DNA from: Bacteroidales bacterium M2
GTDB lineage: Bacteria; Bacteroidota; Bacteroidia; Bacteroidales; Muribaculaceae
Length of the DNA: 64,000 nt
Assembly: GCA_001689415.1 (NCBI GenBank)
Contig: LUJM01000014.1
Span: 15,359 to 79,358, forward strand
Direction of reading: 5' to 3'
The notes under the pieces are model-generated. The model was not told the origin of the DNA. It saw only the letters and a program-made list of their open reading frames with translations, and did no database searches. Below are positions 51,503-63,912 of this stretch, one piece after another. The translations under genes and the position numbers were made by a program. The first letter of the stretch is position 1, and the number at the start of each line of letters is the position of its first letter.

Positions 51503-53134
51503 TCAACGGTCGATATCAGGCACGATATAGTCGAGCGAGCCGCCGATTGTGATAAGGTCGGCAATCTTCTGACCGCGGGTGATATGGTCTACCACCGCTG
51601 CCTGGGGCAGACAGGGGGTAGCGAGCTTGATACGGTAAGGCTTTGTAGAGCCGTCGCTTTCGAGATAGATACCGAATGCGCCACGGCAGCCCTCAGTGAG
51701 CTGGAACCATTTGCCTACGGGGAGTTTGATTACCTTGGGTACTTTTACGCAATATTCGCCGTCGGGGATATTGTCGACAAGCTGCTCGAGAATCTTGGCC
51801 GATTCTTCCATTTCGCGCATACGGCATTTGAAACGTGCCATAGAGTCGCCTTCGGTAGCAACAACTTCTTCGAAGTCGAGTTCCGAATAGATGCTGTAGG
51901 GTTGAAGCTTACGCATGTCGCAAGCCCAGCCCGAGGCGCGGCCAGAAGGACCGGTTACGCCGTAAGCGATAGCATCCTCACGCGAAAGTACGCCAACGCC
52001 TTCCATACGGTTCTTGGCGATAACGTTGCCGGTAAAGATTTCGTTGTATTCTTTGATATTCTTGGGCAGTACGGCGAGCAGGGCTTTCACGTCGTCGACA
52101 AAGTCGGGAGCGAGGTCCTGCATCACACCACCGATGCAATCGTAGTTGAATGTCATGCGGGCACCGCAGGTCTTCTCCATGATGTCGAGAATCTGCTCAC
52201 GCACACGCAGTGTGTAAAAGAGCATTGTCGTTGCACCAAGGTCCATGCAGTATGTACCGATAAAGAGGCAGTGAGATGCGATACGCGACAGCTCGTCCAT
52301 CATCACACGGATTACCTGTGCGCGACGGCTGATTTCGATACCGGCAGCCTTCTCGATAATCATACACAGAGCATGGTGGTAGTTGTGTGCCGAGAAGTAG
52401 TCCATTCGGTCCATAAAATGGAGCGTCTGGGGATAAGAGAGCGATTCGCACAATTTTTCGATACCGCGATGGATATAACCCAGATAGATATCGATTTTCT
52501 GGATTTCCTCGCCGTTGACAGCTGTGCGGAAACGAAGCACGCCGTGGGTAGCGGGGTGCTGCGGGCCGATATTCACTACGAAATCGTCTTTCTCGAAGAT
52601 GCGGCGCTGGCCCTTAACGAGCTGGCCTTTGTCGTCGAGGCTGTAAACGTCGGTAAAGTCGGTCTGGCGCTCGTTTTCAATCGACACGGGGTTGATTTCA
52701 GGATTGGCATCGTAGTCCTTACGCATGGGATAGCCTACCCAGTCGAGGTTGAGGAACAGGCGGCGCATATCGCTGTGGCCCACGAAGATGATACCGAAGA
52801 AATCGTATACTTCGCGTTCGTAGAGACCGGCCACATGCCACACGTCTTCCACCGAGTGTATCCAGGGTTTCTCGCGGTCGCCCTTGGCAATAACCTTCAC
52901 ACCGACAATATCGTTTGTCTTTGTCGACATCAGATAGTATATAGCGCCGAGGTTTTCGGTCCAGTCCATGCCTACCACGGTAACGCAGTAGTCGAATTTG
53001 AGATCGGCGTCGTCGCGGAGGGCGAGAGCCATATCATGCCACTGCTCTTCGGGGATAGTCACCAGAGGGGTGGCATCGCCTTCGACTGTAGCGGCGGGGA
53101 AGAGGGTCTGTATCTTTTGGATGAAATTAGCCAT
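51503..53134 (-). CDS. nuoCD: Fused complex I subunit C/D
   Basis: EREVYDFFGI...GYPMRKDY (C); NIGPQHPATHGVLR, GYIHRGIEK, RMDY, DIDR end (D); no NiFe CxxC motifs. Confidence 0.96.
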   Translation of the reverse strand: MANFIQKIQTLFPAATVEGDATPLVTIPEEQWHDMALALRDDADLKFDYCVTVVGMDWTENLGAIYYLMSTKTNDIVGVKVIAKGDREKPWIHSVEDVWHVAGLYEREVYDFFGIIFVGHSDMRRLFLNLDWVGYPMRKDYDANPEINPVSIENERQTDFTDVYSLDDKGQLVKGQRRIFEKDDFVVNIGPQHPATHGVLRFRTAVNGEEIQKIDIYLGYIHRGIEKLCESLSYPQTLHFMDRMDYFSAHNYHHALCMIIEKAAGIEISRRAQVIRVMMDELSRIASHCLFIGTYCMDLGATTMLFYTLRVREQILDIMEKTCGARMTFNYDCIGGVMQDLAPDFVDDVKALLAVLPKNIKEYNEIFTGNVIAKNRMEGVGVLSREDAIAYGVTGPSGRASGWACDMRKLQPYSIYSELDFEEVVATEGDSMARFKCRMREMEESAKILEQLVDNIPDGEYCVKVPKVIKLPVGKWFQLTEGCRGAFGIYLESDGSTKPYRIKLATPCLPQAAVVDHITRGQKIADLITIGGSLDYIVPDIDR

Positions 53135-53155
53135 AACAGAAATTAATGACCGGGG

Positions 53156-53764
53156 TTAATCTTCGACGCCCTCCACGGGGTGCTGGGCGAGAAATTCTTG
53201 CTGTTTTTCCTTGCGGTTTACGCCACCGAAGAAGCGTTCAACCTTAATCTTACGCGACAACTGCATGATGCCGTAGATCATCGCCTCGGGACGGGGAGGA
53301 CAACCGGGCACAAACACATCGACAGGCACGATATCCTCGATGCCTTTTGCCACGTGGTAGCTATTGCGGAACGGGCCGCCGGAGATAGCGCAGCTACCGC
53401 AAGCAATCACATACTTGGGCTCTGCGAGCTGATCGTATAGACGGCGGAATACCGGCACCATACGGTGAACGATTGTACCGGCAACCATCATAAAGTCGGC
53501 CTGACGGGGCGACGAACGCGCCACTTCCCAACCAAAACGCGCCATATCGAAACGTGCAGCACCGAGACTTACGAACTCGATACCGCAGCAGCTTGTGGCG
53601 AATGTAAGAGGCCAGATAGAGTTGGAACGGCCCCAGTTGATAAGTTTGTCGAGCGAACCGACAATCACATTTGTGCCGCTTTCCTGCAGCTCTTTTACGA
53701 GACTTTCGATATACTCGTTATCTTTCCATGCGTCATAAGGCATGCTTTTGGTCGTTACTTCCAT
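53156..53764 (-). CDS. nuoB: Complex I subunit B
   Basis: TSCCGIE, SPRQAD, GSCAISGG, PVDVFVPGCPPRPE. Confidence 0.97.
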   Translation of the reverse strand: MEVTTKSMPYDAWKDNEYIESLVKELQESGTNVIVGSLDKLINWGRSNSIWPLTFATSCCGIEFVSLGAARFDMARFGWEVARSSPRQADFMMVAGTIVHRMVPVFRRLYDQLAEPKYVIACGSCAISGGPFRNSYHVAKGIEDIVPVDVFVPGCPPRPEAMIYGIMQLSRKIKVERFFGGVNRKEKQQEFLAQHPVEGVED

Positions 53765-54135
53765 TCAAGAGCTCCTTTCCGCCAGGCATAAACGAGGCCC
53801 AGCACCAAGATGCCGAAGAATACGGCGATGCATAATAAACCATCGGCGCCCAGCTCGCGCATCCTCACTGCCCAGGGGAAGAGGAAGACGGTCTCGACGT
53901 CGAACATAAGGAATAGAATAGCAAAGAGATAATAACCCACTTTGAACTGCGACATAGACTCGCCGCGGGTGGGGATACCGCATTCATAGGCTTCACCCTT
54001 CTGAGGGTTGAAGGAACTCGGCGAGATGAGCTTGGCAATCCAAAGTGCCAAGGCCACCAGCGCTATACCGGTTAGGAGCGCTGTGATACCCAAGAGCCCG
54101 TTGTTCTCTATTCCGAAGATGGCTGTTGTGATCAT
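53755..54135 (-). CDS. nuoA: Complex I subunit A
   Basis: YECGI, YYLFAILFLMFDVETVFLFPW, WRKGALEW. Confidence 0.97.
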   Translation of the reverse strand: MITTAIFGIENNGLLGITALLTGIALVALALWIAKLISPSSFNPQKGEAYECGIPTRGESMSQFKVGYYLFAILFLMFDVETVFLFPWAVRMRELGADGLLCIAVFFGILVLGLVYAWRKGALEWK

Positions 54136-54280
54136 ATTTTGATTGAGTTTATTTTCAGTGGTCTAATAAGGTAGCCCCTTCGCCTGCAATGCCGAGAGTT
54201 TTGGAGAGAACACATTGACAGACAAAGGATTACACCGCAACGCGGCATACAAGCGTCGGCTAAACGCCTGATTTTTGCTG

Positions 54281-54288
54281 CAAAGATA
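54281..54288 (-). promoter_or_regulatory. -7 promoter element (TATCTTTG) heading the nuo-atp operon
   Basis: Consensus match ~145 nt upstream of nuoA in AT-rich context. Confidence 0.7.
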
Positions 54289-54390
54289 CAATTTTTATCC
54301 CATTAAATGAAATCTAAAAAGAAATATTTTTTACATTTTTTACATTTTTCAAGCCAAAAATTACAACTTTCGCCACCGAGCATAGACAAC

Positions 54391-54435
54391 AAAAAAAATC
54401 CTGCATCGCCGTTCACCGACAGCTATGCAGGATTT
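54391..54435 (-). terminator. Terminator after lipoprotein gene
   Basis: AAATCCTGCAT/ATGCAGGATTT stem with 8-T tract on minus strand. Confidence 0.8.
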
Positions 54436-54486
54436 CGTATGCTTAACAAATAATATTACGATTCAGATCGCGCCATATTTCATTGT

Positions 54487-55353
54487 TCATTCAGGCACAT
54501 AGCCGCAGTCGGCAGCCACATGGAATACCGTGCCATGGAACATTGTAGGAGCACAGTCAAACTCAAAATCGAAGCCGCTGCCGAAATCTAATTCACCCTT
54601 AAGATTGCTGATCGGGAAGGCCGGATATGGAGTATTATTGCTTTCGGGCACGATATTGTCGATGCTAAATATTGCCTTCGAGCCCTGCATTATAAAAGGT
54701 ATGTTCTTCAGCACGATATCCATTGCGGGCATCTTCGACATGAACTGAGCCTTGTGCACGGCAATATTGACACAGCGGGTATCGATATTAAACGACAAAC
54801 TATACTCTGTTTCTTTAGTTTCAAAGGGAGCCATGGTATCGGAAATACTCTTTGTGGTGCCAAAGCAGATCTGCGACGACTGAGCCGACACCACAGTATA
54901 GCGGCGGTCGAGGGTCATTTCCACACAAAATGCAGGATTGTATCTATCACCCACAATTCGCTGATACAGACGCATAGAGAATTTACCAATCGCCGGCGAC
55001 ACTGCCACACCGGGAATCGAAGGTGTGATATCCTCGCCGGTAAGAACGATCCAACCGTCTTTGTCAATGGCAAATTTGAGGTCTGTAATGGTAAATGTAG
55101 GATAAGCGGTACCATCGGTAAGTTTAAGGCCCGAAATAGTTATATCAGCCGAAGGCTTTGTATAATTAAGGCGCACCTTAAAGCCCATATTAGTATAATA
55201 TGCAGCAGGACCGTCGGCGAAATCACTTACATATGCGAAGCAATTGGTAAGGGTCTGCTCGGTAATGGTCTCATTTGAGGTAGTCTTCTCGCACGATGTA
55301 GCCAAAACACAGGCAAGCAACAACGAGGTAAGATAATGTAGATACTTCTTCAT
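54487..55353 (-). CDS. Hypothetical lipoprotein with two beta-rich halves
   Basis: Lipobox LATSC; beta-strand-rich; TACTTTTG promoter at 55386-55393. Confidence 0.75.
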   Translation of the reverse strand: MKKYLHYLTSLLLACVLATSCEKTTSNETITEQTLTNCFAYVSDFADGPAAYYTNMGFKVRLNYTKPSADITISGLKLTDGTAYPTFTITDLKFAIDKDGWIVLTGEDITPSIPGVAVSPAIGKFSMRLYQRIVGDRYNPAFCVEMTLDRRYTVVSAQSSQICFGTTKSISDTMAPFETKETEYSLSFNIDTRCVNIAVHKAQFMSKMPAMDIVLKNIPFIMQGSKAIFSIDNIVPESNNTPYPAFPISNLKGELDFGSGFDFEFDCAPTMFHGTVFHVAADCGYVPE

Positions 55354-55492
55354 GTTTTTGCAAAAGATTGTTTTTTACAGGAGCGCAAAAGTAACAATAA
55401 ATCGCGATGCATCCAAATAAATAGATGTCGCACAATCCGTTTTTAAGACTTTTTACCATATATCAGACCCAACAAAAGCCCATACATCTGTA

Positions 55493-55643
55493 AAAACTCC
55501 CTTGAAAAAATCGCACATCAGCCACAAAACTCCCTTGGAAAAATCGCACATCAGCCACAAAACTCCCTTGAAAAAATCGCACTTCGACCACAAAACTCCC
55601 TTGAAAAAATCGCACATCGGCCACAAAACTCCCTTAAAAAAAT
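55493..55643. repeat. 33-bp direct tandem repeat, ~4.6 copies
   Basis: Unit AAAACTCCCTTGAAAAAATCGCACnnnnnnCAC starting at 55493, 55526, 55559, 55592, 55625 (partial). Confidence 0.95.
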
Positions 55644-55904
55644 ACCAAAAGCACACGCACCGTACTCAACCACCCTGAGAAGTATCACGTAGAGCACGCC
55701 ATAAAACTTGGGGACTACAACATAGGATACTCGGGCGGAATCCTCACTCTGCCGCTGTATCTGGGCTTTCTTATTCCGCGCCTTGGCTACATTCCAACGA
55801 CCTGACAGGCCATATTTAGCGACTCATTATATTTTTTTGCTCCTACATTCACTGTATTTCGTGGTTTTTGCGTAATTTTGCAACTTGAAACAACCCAATA
55901 GAGT

Positions 55905-57704
<1,800 letters not shown>

Positions 57705-57715
57705 TCACAGCTATT

Positions 57716-58561
57716 ATGACGCAACGCTTCTCTCTCAACCTGCGCGGCCGACTGGTCGAATACGACCGGCCGGCCGTAATGGGCATACTCAATGTTACCC
57801 CCGACTCATTTTACAGCGGGTCGCGGGCACAAACCTGCGCCGATATATCAGCCGCAGCCAAAGGCCTTGTTGCCAATGGTGCCGACATGATTGATATCGG
57901 CGCTTATTCTTCGCGCCCGGGGGCCGACGATGTGCCCGCAGCCGAGGAGTTGCGTCGCATAGAACAAGGCATCAAGGCAGTCCGAGAAGCCGTCGGTCAC
58001 GACATACCGCTATCTGTCGACACATTCCGCGCCGAGGTGGCCCGCAAGGCTATTGAATGGGGCGCTGATATCATCAACGACATCTCAGGCGGCAGCGCCG
58101 ACCCGGCCATGGCCGAGACTGTAGCCTCATTGCAAGTGCCCTACATCCTCATGCACATGCGCGGCACCCCGGCCACAATGCAGTCGATGACCGAATACAA
58201 CGACGTAGTGGCTGATGTTATAGCCGAAATGTCGCACCAACTTTACAGCCTCGAAGAAGCCGGAGTTGCCGACATCATTATCGACCCCGGCTTCGGCTTT
58301 GCCAAGACTCTCGACCAGAATTACCGCCTGCTTGCACACCTCGATGACTTCAAAATACTTGGCCGCCCCATACTTGCCGGTATGTCGCGCAAATCAATGC
58401 TCACCAAGCTGCTCGGCATCGAAGCCGCCGATGCCCTTGCCGCCACGGCAATTGTCGGCGCTCTCGCTATCGAGCGCGGCGCGGCGATATTACGCGTACA
58501 CGACCCCCTCGAAGCTGCACAGACAATATCCATAGTGGCGAGATTATCGCAAAACACCTAA
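57716..58561 (+). CDS. folP: Dihydropteroate synthase
   Basis: MGILNVTPDSF, SSRPG, SVDT, DPGFGFAK, SRKS, RVHD. Confidence 0.97.
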   Translation: MTQRFSLNLRGRLVEYDRPAVMGILNVTPDSFYSGSRAQTCADISAAAKGLVANGADMIDIGAYSSRPGADDVPAAEELRRIEQGIKAVREAVGHDIPLSVDTFRAEVARKAIEWGADIINDISGGSADPAMAETVASLQVPYILMHMRGTPATMQSMTEYNDVVADVIAEMSHQLYSLEEAGVADIIIDPGFGFAKTLDQNYRLLAHLDDFKILGRPILAGMSRKSMLTKLLGIEAADALAATAIVGALAIERGAAILRVHDPLEAAQTISIVARLSQNT

Positions 58562-58573
58562 CCATACCATACG

Positions 58574-59356
58574 ATGCTCGACTTCGGTATCAAAGACGCT
58601 ATAGACATACTGGTTTTCGCAGTACTGCTCTACTACATCTACCGGTTCATGAAAGAATCGGGTACAATCAATATTTTCTATGGCGTGCTTGCGTTTATCG
58701 TAGTATGGATACTGGCGTCCGAGATATTCGACATGCGCCTTATCGGCACGATACTCGACAAGTTTATGGCTATCGGGTTGATAATCTTGGTCATACTCTT
58801 TCAAGAGCCTATCAAGCGCTTTCTTGTCGAGCTTGGCAGTCAACGGCGCTGGCGCTTCCTGAGCAAACTATTCCACCACCATAAAGAAGAAATCGACAAC
58901 AAGGCCCTCGCCTGGGTCATGCCTATCGTATACGCCTGCATGAGCATGAGCAAAAGCAAGACCGGCGCACTCATCGTAGTAGAGCAATCCGTCCCGCTCG
59001 ACAACTACGCAGGGTCGGGCGACCGCATTGACTCGCAGATAAATACCCGCTTGATCGAAAACATCTTCTTCAAGAATTCACCACTCCACGACGGTGCCAT
59101 GATTATCGCCCATGGCCGCATCGAAGCCGCCGGCTGCATCCTTCCCGTAAGCCACGACAGCGACGTGCCACGCACGCTCGGTCTGCGTCACCGCTCCGCC
59201 CTTGGCATCGCTCAGGCCACCGACGCACTGGCCATAGTCGTAAGCGAGGAAACCGGCAACATATCGATAGCCCACAGAGGCAAACTCGCCACCAGGCTTA
59301 GCAGCACCGAGCTCGAGCACCGACTCAACACCATTGCCATAACAATGGCGAAGTAA
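58574..59356 (+). CDS. cdaA: Membrane diadenylate cyclase (CdaA/DacA)
   Basis: Three N-terminal TMs; PLHDGA and GLRHRSA DAC motifs; VSEETG. Confidence 0.93.
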   Translation: MLDFGIKDAIDILVFAVLLYYIYRFMKESGTINIFYGVLAFIVVWILASEIFDMRLIGTILDKFMAIGLIILVILFQEPIKRFLVELGSQRRWRFLSKLFHHHKEEIDNKALAWVMPIVYACMSMSKSKTGALIVVEQSVPLDNYAGSGDRIDSQINTRLIENIFFKNSPLHDGAMIIAHGRIEAAGCILPVSHDSDVPRTLGLRHRSALGIAQATDALAIVVSEETGNISIAHRGKLATRLSSTELEHRLNTIAITMAK

Positions 59357-59542
59357 CCACAGACTCAGAGCTTTGAGCAACTCTTAAAGACCGGCATATT
59401 TAAAAATACGATGCAGTCGAGGAGACCGAGGCGCTTTTTGCGTTCATACTCAGTCGTGTAGCTCGCCTCGCCCCCTTGTATTAAATGAAAAATCACCCGA
59501 ATAAGCCTCAATAATCACTCCCGACTAATTTTTTCGGGTTAA

Positions 59543-60715
<1,173 letters not shown>

Positions 60716-60735
60716 TCCATAGCTATCGATAAAAG

Positions 60736-60764
60736 AATCCCGACGCTCTGCGCCGGGATTTTTT
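60736..60764 (+). terminator. Intrinsic terminator after gap
   Basis: AATCCCG/CGGGATT stem plus T tract. Confidence 0.8.
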
Positions 60765-60924
60765 ATTGCCTTATGCTATTATGTAAACTCTAAACCCGGC
60801 CTCTACACAAATATGCTCGAAGAGCATTACTTTTCCGAACCCCAGCATTACGAAGTTTGCTGGGGCGCATATCTCTCCCAAGGCAATTAGTGTCGAAGAC
60901 ACTTCCCATTAAATTGAACGGCAA

Positions 60925-61026
60925 CGATAGGAGCTTGGCTCTCCGAGACAAGCCTCGGTTAGACTTGACAGTCAATGCGTTAGCGATACTGAACGAGGCT
61001 TATCTCGGAGAGCCAAGCACCTATCG
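60925..61026. repeat. 38-bp imperfect inverted repeat (REP-doublet/MITE-like)
   Basis: CGATAGGAGCTTGGCTCTCCGAGACAAGCCTCGGTTAG (60925-60962) vs reverse complement of 60989-61026; 4 mismatches, 26-nt spacer. Confidence 0.85.
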
Positions 61027-61035
61027 CATTACAAA

Positions 61036-61088
61036 AAATCCTCGGGGAGGACGCTGTATGATGTCTACAGCGGCTTCCCCGAGGATTT
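61036..61088 (-). terminator. Terminator after C-N hydrolase gene
   Basis: AAATCCTCGGGGA...TCCCCGAGGATTT long stem; T tract on minus strand. Confidence 0.8.
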
Positions 61089-61145
61089 ATATTAATGGTA
61101 TTATCTAAACTTTAAACCCAAACCTTAAACCGGGCTAACGAAATT

Positions 61146-62024
61146 TCAATCGCGGTAGCGCTGAGTTAGTTCGCCATAGGCATCGATGCGGCGGTCGCGA
61201 AGAAATGGCCACCAGCGACGCACATGCTCGCTACGGGTAAGGTCTACGTCGACTATAGCTGTTGTTTCTTCGTCTCCGGCCTGATACAGGAACTCGCCCT
61301 GCGGACCGGCAACAAAACTTGTACCCCAGAACTGTATGCCCTTTGTCAGGCCTGTAGGGTCGTCCTCGAAGCCCACGCGGTTGACAGCCACTACAGGCAA
61401 ACCGTTGGCTATCGCATGGCCGCGTTGCACTGTCACCCAAGCCTCGTGCTGGCGAGCCTTTTCGTCGTCGGCATCGCTGCTTTCCCAGCCTATTGCAGTA
61501 GGATAAATCAGTATCTCCGCACCCGCGAGCGCCATCATACGCGCAGCTTCGGGATACCATTGATCCCAGCACACAAGCACTCCAAGCTTACCAAGCGAAG
61601 TATGGATAGGGTTGAAACCCATATCGCCCGGGGTGAAGTAGAATTTCTCGTAATACGCAGGGTCGTCGGGGATATGCATCTTGCGGTATTTTCCGGCAAT
61701 AGTACCGTCGGTTTCGAAAACCACGGCTGTATTGTGATACAAACCCGGCGCACGACGCTCAAACAGACTTGCTACAAGCACTACCTTGTTGTCGCTTGCC
61801 ACCTTGGAATAGAATTCCGTAGCCTCGCCGGGAATAGGCTCGGCAAGAGAGCAAAAATCAATATTCTCGTGCTGGCAGAAATAATGCGTATCGTGAAGCT
61901 CTTGCAGCACCACAAGCTGAGCGCCGTCGTGAGCCAGCTTTGCCACCTTGGCAGCAATACGGGCACGGTTCTCGGCCTTGACTTCGCTACAAGCCTGCTG
62001 TATGAGTCCTACTTTGAGTATCAT
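61146..62024 (-). CDS. Carbon-nitrogen hydrolase (N-carbamoylputrescine amidase-like)
   Basis: LQELH, YRKMHIPDDPAYYEKFYFTPGD, VCWDQWYPE (E-K-C triad), WPFLRDRR. Confidence 0.9.
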   Translation of the reverse strand: MILKVGLIQQACSEVKAENRARIAAKVAKLAHDGAQLVVLQELHDTHYFCQHENIDFCSLAEPIPGEATEFYSKVASDNKVVLVASLFERRAPGLYHNTAVVFETDGTIAGKYRKMHIPDDPAYYEKFYFTPGDMGFNPIHTSLGKLGVLVCWDQWYPEAARMMALAGAEILIYPTAIGWESSDADDEKARQHEAWVTVQRGHAIANGLPVVAVNRVGFEDDPTGLTKGIQFWGTSFVAGPQGEFLYQAGDEETTAIVDVDLTRSEHVRRWWPFLRDRRIDAYGELTQRYRD

Positions 62025-62028
62025 TTTA

Positions 62029-63078
62029 TCAAAGAATTAACATTGCATCGCCGTAGCATCCGAAGCGATAGCCTTCTTTTACAGCCTCGTTATAAGCCTT
62101 CATCACCAGCTCGTAGCCGCCGAATGCAGCAACCATCATCAGCATGGTCGAGTAAGGCATATGGAAGTTGGTTACCAGGCTCGAAGCCACCGAAAAATCG
62201 TACGGCGGGAAGATAAACTTGTTGGTCCAGCCGGTATAGGTCTTCATATGTCCACCCATGCTGTCGGCTGTTGCGATAGCACGCAGCACTGAAGTGCCCA
62301 CAGCACATACCTGATGCCCTGCATCCTTTGCCGCATTAACGGTATCTACCAATTGCTGGTCGGCATCCATTTGCTCGGAGTCCATGCGGTGCTTTGTCAA
62401 GTCTTCCACGTCGATCTCGCGGAATGCGCCAAGGCCGCTGTGAATAGTCACAAAAGCCTCTTTTACGCCCTTGATTTTAAGACGGGTAATAAGGCTGCGC
62501 GAGAAGTGCAGGCCTGCAGCCGGAGCTACAACAGCGCCCTCTTTCTCTGCGAAAATGCACTGATAGTCTTCGATATCGCAGGGTTCGGGAGTGCGTTTGA
62601 TATATGGAGGCAGCGGGGTCATGCCAAGCGAGTAAAGCGCCTGTTTGAATTCATCGTGCGGACCGTCGTAGAGGAATCGGAGGGTGCGGCCTCGCGAGGT
62701 GGTATTGTCGATAACCTCGGCTACCATTGAATCATCGTCGCCGAAGTATAGTTTGTTGCCGATACGAATCTTGCGAGCCGGCTCTACGAGTACATCCCAG
62801 AATTTATTCTCGGCATTCAACTCGCGCAGCAAGAACACTTCGATACGCGCCCCGGTCTTTTCCTTATTGCCATAAAGCAAGGCAGGGAATACACGAGTGT
62901 TGTTGAATACCATCACATCGCCATCGTTGAAAAAATCGAGGATGTCTTTGAAAATATGATGAGAAATTTCGCCTGTACGGCGGTTTACGACCATCAGACG
63001 AGCCTGGTCGCGCTCTGCCAGAGGATGGCTGGCAATAAGCTCGTCGGGAAGATTAAATTTAAATTGTGACAGTTTCAT
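62029..63078 (-). CDS. queA: SAM:tRNA ribosyltransferase-isomerase
   Basis: Start [47 protein letters not shown]. Confidence 0.96.
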   Translation of the reverse strand: MKLSQFKFNLPDELIASHPLAERDQARLMVVNRRTGEISHHIFKDILDFFNDGDVMVFNNTRVFPALLYGNKEKTGARIEVFLLRELNAENKFWDVLVEPARKIRIGNKLYFGDDDSMVAEVIDNTTSRGRTLRFLYDGPHDEFKQALYSLGMTPLPPYIKRTPEPCDIEDYQCIFAEKEGAVVAPAAGLHFSRSLITRLKIKGVKEAFVTIHSGLGAFREIDVEDLTKHRMDSEQMDADQQLVDTVNAAKDAGHQVCAVGTSVLRAIATADSMGGHMKTYTGWTNKFIFPPYDFSVASSLVTNFHMPYSTMLMMVAAFGGYELVMKAYNEAVKEGYRFGCYGDAMLIL

Positions 63079-63198
63079 ATACTGAGGTCGATTGGGATGA
63101 TGAGGAGCGCTTGACAGGCTACCACATAGAATCCGACTTCTATATCGGCATATTGCCTGCAATTAACTTATTATTATGTAATTCTTTATATTATTATA

Positions 63199-63912
63199 TC
63201 ATGCTTGTTCGGGCATTTCAAGCTCTACCGTCTTGATAAGCTCTACAGCTTGGTCAACGGTCAGACAGCGGTCAACGGTGGCATCACCTACCCTTGTTCG
63301 GCGCAGGGCCGTCAGGTGAGCGCCGCTGCCAAGGGCCGCACCGATGTCTCGCGCAAGCGCCCTGATATATGTGCCTTTGCTGCATACTACGCGAATAGTA
63401 AGTTCCTCTTTTTCTTTGTCATAACCGAGCATTTCAATCTCGTCGATAACAAGGATTTTGGGCTTGAGGTCTACCTCTTTGCCTTTGCGGGCGAGGTCGT
63501 AGGCTCGTTTGCCGTCGACTTTGCAGGCCGAAAACGCCGGTGGCACTTGTTCGATACGGCCTGTGAAACGTCCGAGGACTTCGATTATCGACTCCTGAGT
63601 GATATGCTCGGTAGGAAATGTTGCATCCACCTCTGTTTCAAGGTCAAACGAAGGTGTAGTCGCACCAAGGCGCATGGCGGCGATATATTCTTTCACACCG
63701 GCCTGCAGCTCGTCAATTCGCTTTGTGGCACGACCGGTGCACACTATCATCACACCTGTGGCAAGCGGATCGAGCGTGCCAGCGTGGCCGACCTTAAACT
63801 TCTTTATGCCCAGGCGGCGAAGCAAAGCTCCGCGAACGCGCTTGACGGCATCAAACGAGGTCCAACCCAGAGGCTTGTCAATATATAGTATTTCTCCGTC
63901 AACGAAGTTCAT
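63199..63912 (-). CDS. truB: tRNA pseudouridine(55) synthase
   Basis: DKPLGWTSFD, KVGHAGTLDPLATG, CSKGTYIRALARD. Confidence 0.97.
   Translation of the reverse strand: MNFVDGEILYIDKPLGWTSFDAVKRVRGALLRRLGIKKFKVGHAGTLDPLATGVMIVCTGRATKRIDELQAGVKEYIAAMRLGATTPSFDLETEVDATFPTEHITQESIIEVLGRFTGRIEQVPPAFSACKVDGKRAYDLARKGKEVDLKPKILVIDEIEMLGYDKEKEELTIRVVCSKGTYIRALARDIGAALGSGAHLTALRRTRVGDATVDRCLTVDQAVELIKTVELEMPEQA

Noticed and set aside
51503..53764. Possible group 4 [NiFe] hydrogenase instead of Nuo
   Set aside because: Large subunit lacks both CxxC Ni-binding motifs; NuoB has tandem CC; nuoA, J and K are present.
55453..55656. ORF with repeated CDFFKGVLW peptide; also possible mini-CRISPR
   Set aside because: The ORF is a by-product of the 33-bp repeat (multiple of 3); variable segments are only 6 nt and partly identical, and no cas genes are present.
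60773..60912. Possible Y1/RAYT transposase C-terminal remnant (YYVNSKPGLYTNMLEEHYFS)
   Set aside because: Resemblance to the NPxxAGL motif is too weak to support without an HMM search.
61224..62216. 330-aa plus-strand ORF
   Set aside because: Antisense shadow of the C-N hydrolase and queA genes.
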